Positions 1 to 7,638 of a stretch of DNA of 29,766 bases are shown piece by piece. Source of the DNA: Macrostomum lignano (taxonomy: Eukaryota); the NCBI GenBank assembly GCA_002269645.1, contig NIVC01000055.1, positions 249,835 to 279,600 on the forward strand. The letters are read 5' to 3'. Under the pieces are notes generated by a model. That model worked only from the letters and a program-made list of their open reading frames with translations. It did not search any database and had not been told where the DNA came from. Position 1 is the first letter of the stretch, and each line of letters starts with the position of its first letter. A program made the position numbers and the translations under genes.

Positions 1-625
1 GCAGCGCCAAAAAAACTTGATGAGATGAAATTAGATGACATCAAAAAAGCTCGTTGACGAGACGATCCGGCCGAAAAAGTCACTTGTAATTGCCGAACGC
101 ACCAGATTCCTCAGCCTGAAGCAGATCGGGTGAGAGCGTCATAGCCTACTACCGGAGGCTGAGGGCTGCTACGTCACACTGCGAGTTTGAAAAGCTGGCA
201 GCAAGCAGATAAAGGAGGACGACATGATTACCATGCGATTAATTGACGGCCTCAACTCCTCAGAGCACAAAAAAGAATCTTGGAGCGCCTACAAAACGAA
301 GATGGAGAAATGCCACTCGACAGGATTTTGCAGAATTTGCAGCAGCTTGAGCAGATCCGTGACTACAACACGCCGGCCCTGCTGACATCGCCTTCGCCGG
401 TCAACAGAGGGGAGTCTCCTCACCTGCCAAGCCGCAGCCGTCAATCAAATGCGGGTTCTGTGGCGCCAATCACTCTAGAGGCAACTGCCCAGCCTACGGC
501 AAAAAATGCTTCAAGTGCCAAAAAAGAAATCACTTTGCGGCTGTCTGCAGATCGCGAGCTGTCCATCAGGAAATCGCACTCGATGCAGAAGAAGCAGACG
601 TGTATACTCTCAGTCCCAACAGAGC
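1..625 (+). pseudogene. gag: Element A gag fragment with two zinc knuckles, several frameshifts
   Basis: Frame-hopping translation gives LVIAERTRFLSLKQ (compare LVVAERYKFNLLKQ in B) and CGFCGANHSRGNC...CFKCQKRNHFAAVC (~447-545). At least four frame changes are needed. Confidence 0.85.
621..625. repeat. 5-bp target-site duplication AGAGC of element B (partner at 4853-4857)
   Basis: AGAGC directly flanks both outer LTR ends. Confidence 0.95.
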
Positions 626-858
626 TGTTATGTTTTTCTTTTACACCGAAGAAAGACGGAAGATAGTGTTTGAGCGTTTGCGAGCTTATGCCACTCGAGA
701 GCATAGCCGTTTCAGAAACTTAATATATTTCTTTGGCTCGCGAGCCGTCTCAAGCATTTAATACTGTACGAGTATCTAGAGTTTCAACCCTAGACACTTT
801 AGAAGCAGAAAGCAAACGAGGCCGAAGTCTATAAGAAGTTAGAAGTCACGTCACAACA
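626..858 (-). repeat. 3' LTR of element B
   Basis: Matches 4620-4852 with no substitutions seen and two 1-nt indels (T5 vs T4; C vs CC). Confidence 0.97.
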
Positions 859-872
859 TCCCTCTTCCTTTC
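859..872 (-). other. Polypurine tract of element B
   Basis: The - strand reads GAAAGGAAGAGGGA abutting the 3' LTR and overlapping the gag-pol stop codon. Confidence 0.9.
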
Positions 873-3800
873 AATCTTGAGCCTGATACCTCTCCGGCGG
901 TCTTCGCGTTCGCTGAGGGTATCTGCGATCCGCCATCGGTTGATCCTCAGCACTTGGAGGTTCTCTCACTGGCTCATTCGTTGCCTCGGCTCTGTCCCTG
1001 ACATGGTCACGGTGCACGACCAGATCTCGTCCTTGCTCGTCCCGCACTCGTCTCAACTGTTCGCCGACAGCTTCGCGCAGCACTCCTTCCCTCCACTCCT
1101 TGTTAAACGGATCCTGGACCCAGACTGGGCTGTAGGCTTGGTCAATCCGCTTGTCTTGAAAGGACCGACGGTGCAGCAGTGAGAGTCTCGTGTTGAACTC
1201 GCGCCCAAACATTTCTCGGCACGGCGCGACTCCGTTGGCTCTTGGACAGACTCGCACCGCGTACAAAGCCTGTTGCATCCGAACCTCCGGATCTGGGTCA
1301 TTCAGCTGCTTCAGCTTGGTCTTCAGCTTTTTCACTGCAGCCTCTGCTACGCCATTTGATGCGGGGTGGTAGCGGGGAGACTTCAGGTGTAACACTCCCA
1401 TCCGCTTCAGCCAGGCCTCCGTCTCATGCGCCACAAACTGTCGTCCGTTGTCAGTGACTAGTACATCTGGGATACCAAAGTTGCAAAATGTTCTGCGGAG
1501 TACTCTGATGACCGACGTTGCATCGATTTCGCGCACCCATTCGGCAGCGATGAATCCCGTCTTGGCGTCTGAAACCACCAGAAAGTTGCTTCCATCCAGT
1601 TGTCCCAGGTCAGCGTGCACTCGGCACCAAGCCTCCTTTGGTACTGGCCATGGTTTGAGCACCGATTTCTGGGATGGTCTCATGCGCTGGCACGTGTGGC
1701 ATTCCGAAACGCACTTTTCTATCTCTGTCTCCATTAGCGGCCACCAGACATACTGGCGGGCCCACGCCTTCATGGCTTGCATTCCGGGATGGGAACAGTG
1801 GAGAAATTGGATGACTTGCGCTCGGAACTTCACCGGGATGACGATCCGATGGTCCAGTAGCAGTAGATGGTCGCTGCAATTCAGTCTGCACTGTACTCTT
1901 CTGTATGAGTCCGGCACGTCCTCACCAGATCGCAACCTCTGTAGAACGTCTTGGATCTCCTTGTCCTCCTTGGACGCCTGCTCCATCTGATCCTTCGTGA
2001 CTGGTCCATCTTCTGACAGGGCGATGTCCACCGCAGCAACTTCGTTAACCGCTTCAGTCGCCGTTTTGTCGCTCCAGTTATTTCCGTCAGTTGGTAGTCT
2101 CGACAACGCGTCGGCATGAGGAATTTCGTGCGTTCTTTTGCCTCTGACTAGGTACTGGTACGTAGCCAGCAACTCAGCCCAGCGCTGAACTCTCTTACTT
2201 GCTCTCTCGGGCAGGTCTTTGTGTGATGCGAATAAGAATTCTAGAGGCTTGTGATCGGTCACAATCACAAAACTCCGATAAGCTAGGAATCGATTTAGCT
2301 TCTTGACGCACCAGACCACTCCGAGGGCTTCTCGTTCTAGCTGGCTGTATCGCGACTCCGCAGGTGTGAGTTTCTTGGACACAAACGCTACAGGCCTTCC
2401 ATTCTGCTCCAGCACTCCTCCAATGCCGTAGGGCGATGCATCTGTAGTCAGAGTTAGCTCCTTACTTGGATCGTACGGCGCTAGCACCTGCCTTGATGTA
2501 ATGTCCTGCTTCAATTGCATCACGGCCTTCGTGTGTTCTTGTTGCCATGTCCAGTTGACATCTTTCTTCAGCAAGTTATACAGAATGGCAGTCTTCGTGG
2601 CCACTTGCGGGATGAACGGCGCATAGAAATTTATCAGTCCCAGAAATGTTCTCAGCTCTTCCTGGTTTCTTGGATCTTCCATGCTTTGTATTGCCGTCAC
2701 CTTATCCTCGTTCATGCAGCATCCCTCCTTTGAGATCTTAAGGGCTAGAAATTCGACCTCTTCCTTGTCGAACTGGCACTTCTTAGCATTCAGTGTGATG
2801 TCATTTTCTTGCAGCCTTTTAAGTATTATTTCCGTCTTCTCAGCTAAATTTTCCCGGTTTTTTCCACAGACTAGAATGTCGTCAATGAACACCACCACTC
2901 CGAGGACATCCCGAAGCAACTCGCATAGTGTGTTCTGAAACAATCCAGGAGCAGATGACAGTCCGTATGGTAATACCCTGTACCGAAAGTAACCAAAAGG
3001 TGTTGCGATAGTAGTGATATCCCGTGAGTCCTCGCACAGCTCCAGGTTATGGTATGCATCCTTCAAATCTAGCACAGTGAAACGGCTGCATCCTGAGATG
3101 GCTCGTTGCACATCCGCCTTTGTTGGCATATCGATTGGCGGTAGCCGTAAAAACTGGTTGACCCGTCTATAGTCTCCACACAGCCTGATGTCTCCCGAGC
3201 TTTTGGGAACGACCACAATCGGACTAGCGAACACCGGCTGTTCTACTTTTTCAATTATCTTCCGCTTTTCCAGATCTTCTAATCTTTCCTTAACGGCTGG
3301 TACCAGCGAAAATGGGAGTGGTCGGGCCTTCGATACCACCGGTCTCGTGTTTTCTCGTACTTCCAACTTCACTTGAATTCGCTTATAAGCCACTGAAGCT
3401 TGACAACGGCGTTTGGTAACTTCGATACCCAAACTACTAAACCAATTTCGGCCAATAACCGGCTTTGCGTTCATGTCCATGACTACCACAGGTAATGAGC
3501 ACTTACTTTCATCTTCGGTCTGAACTCGAACATCTGCGGTACCACATACTGGTAGGTCTTGTCCTCCGTATGATGTTAGTCGACAATTTGGGTCTGTCCA
3601 ATGCAGTCCTAGTTGTTCAGCCAAAATCTTAGAAATGCAGGTCACTGATGCACCAGAGTCCACCATCATAGCAACGTCCTTATCGTTCAGTTTTACATTG
3701 ATCCAGACGCTTGATCTGTCCCGGTCATCGCATAGGCTAAAAAGCTCATTGTCCTTGGCTGGTTCATCCTCCTCCTCGATTCCTGCACACTCTCGCATTG

Positions 3801-4596
3801 ACAACTTTCCTTTAATGGAGCCAGATGCCATCCTTCCATGTGAGCTAGCTTGCTTGTTAAGCTTACATGCAGCTTCAAAATGGTTTATTTTCCCACATTT
3901 TCGACATTTTGCTCCAAACGCAGGGCATGCCTTTGGCGGGTGCCTCTTCATACAGAAATTGCAAGCCTTGCTGAATGTGCGTCCTTGAGCTTGGGCCCTG
4001 TTTTGTTGTCGTACTCTGCCCTTAGTCGCACTGACTGTTTCCACCTTTCCATTAGCGCTTAAGGCACTCTTGCTTACTTGCTCTTGCGCCGTGGCAGTCT
4101 CCACCGCCAGCTCCAGGGTCAGCGGGTCTTTGATAAGCAGCTCTTTCACCACTGACTCACTGCGCAGTCCTGCCACGAATCTGTCTCGCAAAGCTTCTTG
4201 TAGGAAATCTCCGAATTGACATCGGTCTGCTTGAGCACGTAACCTGTTCTCAAAATCTGCCGCTGATTCGTATTCATCTTGCTTCAGTAAGTTAAACTTG
4301 TAGCGCTCAGCTACAACCAGTTTCTTCTGCGGCACGACATGCTTCTCAATTTCATCCTTCAATTCCTTGAAGGTCTTGTTCTCTGGCTTCGCCGGAGCGA
4401 CCAGGTTCCGCAGCTTGTCGTAGGCAGTTTCCCCCATGAGGCTTATGAAGAAGTCGGTCTTGGGCGAAAACCCTTCCTCCTTCTCATCCTTCACGCCGGA
4501 TCTCCTGCAGACGGCTTCAAACCGCTCGATCCAGGCCTCGAATTTGTCCTCTGTCCAGGGAAGCTCCCGCAGGTTCTCTCGAGACAGCGACGCCAT
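871..4596 (-). CDS. gag-pol: Gag-Pol polyprotein, 1241 aa (capsid, two zinc knuckles, protease, RT, RNase H, integrase)
   Basis: CNFCMKRHPPKAC / CRKCGKINHFEAAC; VDSGAS; FIDD; TDAS...EREA...TDHKP...DALS; HCSH...CHTC; HAD...TDNG...AE (DDE); RRYPQRTRRPPERY tail. Confidence 0.97.
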   Translation of the reverse strand: MASLSRENLRELPWTEDKFEAWIERFEAVCRRSGVKDEKEEGFSPKTDFFISLMGETAYDKLRNLVAPAKPENKTFKELKDEIEKHVVPQKKLVVAERYKFNLLKQDEYESAADFENRLRAQADRCQFGDFLQEALRDRFVAGLRSESVVKELLIKDPLTLELAVETATAQEQVSKSALSANGKVETVSATKGRVRQQNRAQAQGRTFSKACNFCMKRHPPKACPAFGAKCRKCGKINHFEAACKLNKQASSHGRMASGSIKGKLSMRECAGIEEEDEPAKDNELFSLCDDRDRSSVWINVKLNDKDVAMMVDSGASVTCISKILAEQLGLHWTDPNCRLTSYGGQDLPVCGTADVRVQTEDESKCSLPVVVMDMNAKPVIGRNWFSSLGIEVTKRRCQASVAYKRIQVKLEVRENTRPVVSKARPLPFSLVPAVKERLEDLEKRKIIEKVEQPVFASPIVVVPKSSGDIRLCGDYRRVNQFLRLPPIDMPTKADVQRAISGCSRFTVLDLKDAYHNLELCEDSRDITTIATPFGYFRYRVLPYGLSSAPGLFQNTLCELLRDVLGVVVFIDDILVCGKNRENLAEKTEIILKRLQENDITLNAKKCQFDKEEVEFLALKISKEGCCMNEDKVTAIQSMEDPRNQEELRTFLGLINFYAPFIPQVATKTAILYNLLKKDVNWTWQQEHTKAVMQLKQDITSRQVLAPYDPSKELTLTTDASPYGIGGVLEQNGRPVAFVSKKLTPAESRYSQLEREALGVVWCVKKLNRFLAYRSFVIVTDHKPLEFLFASHKDLPERASKRVQRWAELLATYQYLVRGKRTHEIPHADALSRLPTDGNNWSDKTATEAVNEVAAVDIALSEDGPVTKDQMEQASKEDKEIQDVLQRLRSGEDVPDSYRRVQCRLNCSDHLLLLDHRIVIPVKFRAQVIQFLHCSHPGMQAMKAWARQYVWWPLMETEIEKCVSECHTCQRMRPSQKSVLKPWPVPKEAWCRVHADLGQLDGSNFLVVSDAKTGFIAAEWVREIDATSVIRVLRRTFCNFGIPDVLVTDNGRQFVAHETEAWLKRMGVLHLKSPRYHPASNGVAEAAVKKLKTKLKQLNDPDPEVRMQQALYAVRVCPRANGVAPCREMFGREFNTRLSLLHRRSFQDKRIDQAYSPVWVQDPFNKEWREGVLREAVGEQLRRVRDEQGRDLVVHRDHVRDRAEATNEPVREPPSAEDQPMADRRYPQRTRRPPERYQAQD

Positions 4597-4600
4597 TGTT

Positions 4601-4618
4601 ATCCTGCTTGCGACGCCA
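4601..4618 (-). other. Primer-binding site of element B, probably tRNA-Ser type
   Basis: The + strand reads ATCCTGCTTGCGACGCCA, an 18-nt tRNA-like 3' end (ATCCTGCT-N5-CG-CCA as in eukaryotic tRNA-Ser), 1 nt from the 5' LTR. The tRNA identity is inferred. Confidence 0.75.
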
Positions 4619-4619
4619 T

Positions 4620-4852
4620 TGTTATGTTTTCTTTTACACCGAAGAAAGACGGAAGATAGTGTTTGAGCGTTTGCGAGCTTATGCCACTCGAGAGCATAGC
4701 CGTTTCAGAAACTTAATATATTTCTTTGGCTCGCGAGCCGTCTCAAGCATTTAATACTGTACCGAGTATCTAGAGTTTCAACCCTAGACACTTTAGAAGC
4801 AGAAAGCAAACGAGGCCGAAGTCTATAAGAAGTTAGAAGTCACGTCACAACA
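4620..4852 (-). repeat. 5' LTR of element B
   Basis: 233-bp copy of 626-858, followed on the - strand by the PBS. Confidence 0.97.
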
Positions 4853-6237
4853 AGAGCTAAAGTGGGCCTTTTCAAGACCATCAAAATCAACGCCCAGGGC
4901 ATCTCAATGCAAGTCGACACCGGAGCTGAGGTCAGCCTGATTCCGCAGAACCTCTGGCGCCAGCTGGGCCAGCCCACCCTGCGCAAGTGTAGGAGAATTC
5001 TCCGGCAGTTCGACGGCTCCAGCATCGCCTGCCTCGGGGAATTCACTGCGTCACTCGAGACCAACTCGAAATTCGTCACGATTGACCTGGTTGTCACCAC
5101 CGCGGAGAAGAAGCACGGTCTGCTTGGCATGGACAACATCAAGCTCCAAGAAGACGCGGTCACCATCAACGCGGTCCAGCAGCTCGGGTGCCTCAAAGGG
5201 TTCAAAGCTAAGATTAGACTGGTGGTAGGAGCCAAGGCGTTCTATTGTGCTGCCCGATCTGTGCCGCTACACCTCAGAGACTTGGTGGTGCGCGAGCTGC
5301 AGAGAATGGAATCCGAGGGTATCATTGAGGTGGTCCCTCCCGGAGGCAGCCAGTGGGCATCGCCTATTGTCAACGTGCTCAAACCAAATGGAAAGGTTCG
5401 CGCCTGTGCCGATTTTAAAGCTGGTGTCAATCACCAGATATGCAATGACACCTACCCGATCCCGGAGATGGAGACGATTTTTTCTGAGATGGCAGGCATG
5501 TCGCACTTTGCTAAACTGGATCTCTCTGATGCTTATCTGCAAATCGAGCTCGATGAAGATAGCCGAGAGGTGACGACAATCGCGACGCTTTGGGTCTCTT
5601 CCGCTACAAAAGGCTGGTTCCCGGGCTGAAATCTGCATAGGCCATTTTCCAGAAAGCCATGGAAACAATCCTACAGGATGTCAGCAACAAGATTGTCTAC
5701 CAGGATGACGTCCTCCTGGGAGCGAAATCCAACGCCGAATTAAGGAGCAAAGTGCAGCACGTTCTCCAGACGATGCGAGCTGCTGGAATGACAATCAATC
5801 TAGAAAAGTCCAATCTGAGCGCAACGGAGGTCAGATTCCTCGGCTACAGCATCAGCGCGGGCGGGATCACCCCGGACCCCAATCTGGTCGGAAAAATTCG
5901 CTCCGTGAACTCGCCGAAGGACAGAAAGCAGCTCGAATCGTTTCTTTGACTTTCCAACTTCTTCGGGAGGTTTATTAAGAACTACTCTGATGTCATAGAA
6001 CCGCTCAATCAACTCCGGGGCCGAAACGTTGAGTTCGTCTGGGGCCCAACCCAGGAAGCTGCCTTCACGCGAATCAAGGATCTGCTCTGCAGCGAGCCTG
6101 TAATCAAGCCGTATGACAAGCACAAAGAGACCACGCTCACTACCGATGCTAGCGAGAAAGCCATTGGAGCGATCCTCTCGCAGGGCAACCACCCGATCAT
6201 GTACTTCAGCCGGAGACTGAGCAGTGCAGAAGCACGG
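4853..6237 (+). pseudogene. pol: Element A protease, reverse transcriptase and N-terminal RNase H, disrupted
   Basis: Motifs VDTGAEV (PR), WASPIVNV, KLDLSDAYLQI, YQDD (RT) and TDASEKAIGAIL (RH). A 1-nt frameshift at ~5588 and in-frame stops at 5638-5640 (TAG) and 5947-5949 (TGA). Confidence 0.92.
6233..6237. repeat. 5-bp target-site duplication CACGG of element C (partner at 11006-11010)
   Basis: CACGG directly flanks both outer LTR ends. Confidence 0.95.
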
Positions 6238-6395
6238 TGTGACGGTGGACTTTTCTTTGTGCCACCCCATTTTTGATAAGTCTATAAATAGACCTGGTGC
6301 ACGCCAGAGGGCGATACTTGTTTTTTTTTGGTTTTGGCTCAGTTAGGAGCCTTGGACAATCAATATCATTCTTATTTATTTACAAGAATGCAACA
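6238..6395 (+). repeat. 5' LTR of element C (158 bp)
   Basis: Matches 10844-11005 except for a 6-bp gap after TATAAA and T9 versus T7. Confidence 0.95.
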
Positions 6396-7638
6396 TGGTG
6401 GCAGCGGTGCGGGCTCGAAGCACCCGTACAACCTGCGTTCCCAAGACGGGGCGCTCGGAGAAGGCTCCGAAGACAATGCTGAAGAAGCCAGCGGAATCCA
6501 AGATTCAGCTACGCTGGAGGGCGCGAATCTGATGGAGACAATGAAGATGCTCCTGACGCACCAGAGTCAGCAGCTACAAGAAATGACTCGCGCGCAAGAA
6601 AGGCAATCAGCATTTTACCTGGAGCAACTGGCTCGTCAACAAGCGGAGTTCACAAAGCTCCTGGCCGAGTCTAAGCCACGACCACAAGCAGCGGAGCCCA
6701 AGCTGTTTAAGCTGACGGACTCTGATGACATCGAGGCATTCCTGATGACCTTCGAAAGGGCAGCGGCATCGTGTGGATGGCAAAAGTCAGAGTGGACGAT
6801 TCGGCTGGCACCGCTACTGACGGGCGTTGCGCAGAGCGCATTCCACAGTCTGACGACAGCGGCGAGCGCGGACTACGACTTGGCAAAGGCGACCATCTTA
6901 GCGAGATACAACATCGGCGAGGAGACCTACCGACAGCGATTTCGGTCTTTGCGGAAGGCGCCTGAAGAGACCTTCCAGGTGTTCGCGACAAAGCTGGAAG
7001 ACCTGTTTGTCCGATGGATGACAGCTGGGCTGGACGAGGATCAGAGAGAGGAACTGATAAGTGGCGACTCCATCGTCAGGCAGAAAGTGCTTCTGGAGCA
7101 GTTTACGGACTCTCTGACAAGAGGACTCCAGGTGTGGATGCGAGAGAGAAAACCGAAGGACATCAAAGAGGCTGCGAAACTGGCCGATGACTACGCAATG
7201 GCAAGAAACAGCGACAAGGGCGGCGGAACACCAGGACACCCGAGCCAAGAGACCTCTGAGGGGGCGACGGCGTCCAATGCTATGGACAAACAAAGGACGA
7301 TTCAGAGACCGCAAAGCCTAAAGCCTAAGATTAGCTGCTTCAACTGCGGAGGCCCCCACAAGAAGTTTCAGTGTACCAACAAGCCCGCCAATGTCCACTT
7401 GGCCTCAGAGGAAAGAGCTATGGATGCTGCTTCGGGCATGTTCCTCACCGGACATGCGGATGGCAAAGAACTGCTTTTCCTGATGGATACTAGAGCTGAT
7501 CGAACTACGATTCGGCGTAGCTGTCTACCTGAAAACATTAATTGGACAGGACATCATGCACTATTGCGCTGTTTTGGCGGCGACCTACACCGTCTTCCAA
7601 TCGCTAAAGTGGAGCTGCACCTAAAGGGCTACATTTAG
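6388..7638 (+). CDS. gag: Element C Gag (SCAN-like capsid, zinc knuckle) plus N-terminal part of the protease; start codon uncertain
   Basis: DDIEAFLMTFERAA...W...LAPLLTG.AQ and YRQRFR...LEQF...LQVWMRERKP...EAAKLADDY (SCAN-like), CFNCGGPHKKFQC, protease motif reading MDTRAD. The first in-frame ATG is at 6388; the ORF track's TTG start at 6328 lies in the LTR. Confidence 0.85.
   Translation: MQHGGSGAGSKHPYNLRSQDGALGEGSEDNAEEASGIQDSATLEGANLMETMKMLLTHQSQQLQEMTRAQERQSAFYLEQLARQQAEFTKLLAESKPRPQAAEPKLFKLTDSDDIEAFLMTFERAAASCGWQKSEWTIRLAPLLTGVAQSAFHSLTTAASADYDLAKATILARYNIGEETYRQRFRSLRKAPEETFQVFATKLEDLFVRWMTAGLDEDQREELISGDSIVRQKVLLEQFTDSLTRGLQVWMRERKPKDIKEAAKLADDYAMARNSDKGGGTPGHPSQETSEGATASNAMDKQRTIQRPQSLKPKISCFNCGGPHKKFQCTNKPANVHLASEERAMDAASGMFLTGHADGKELLFLMDTRADRTTIRRSCLPENINWTGHHALLRCFGGDLHRLPIAKVELHLKGYI
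6396..6409 (+). other. Primer-binding site of element C, tRNA-Leu type
   Basis: TGGTGGCAGCGGTG is complementary to the eukaryotic tRNA-Leu(AAG/UAG) 3' end ...CACCGCUGCCACCA and sits directly after the LTR. Confidence 0.85.

Larger units (their letters stand above)
626..4852 (-). mobile_element. Element B: complete 4227-bp Ty3/gypsy (Mag-like) LTR retrotransposon
   Basis: Two 233-bp LTRs with TGTT...AACA ends, a 5-bp TSD, PBS, PPT and one uninterrupted gag-pol ORF. Confidence 0.97.

Noticed and set aside
4601-4618. tRNA gene
   Set aside because: Only an 18-nt 3'-end match including CCA, adjacent to an LTR; this is a primer-binding site, with no cloverleaf.
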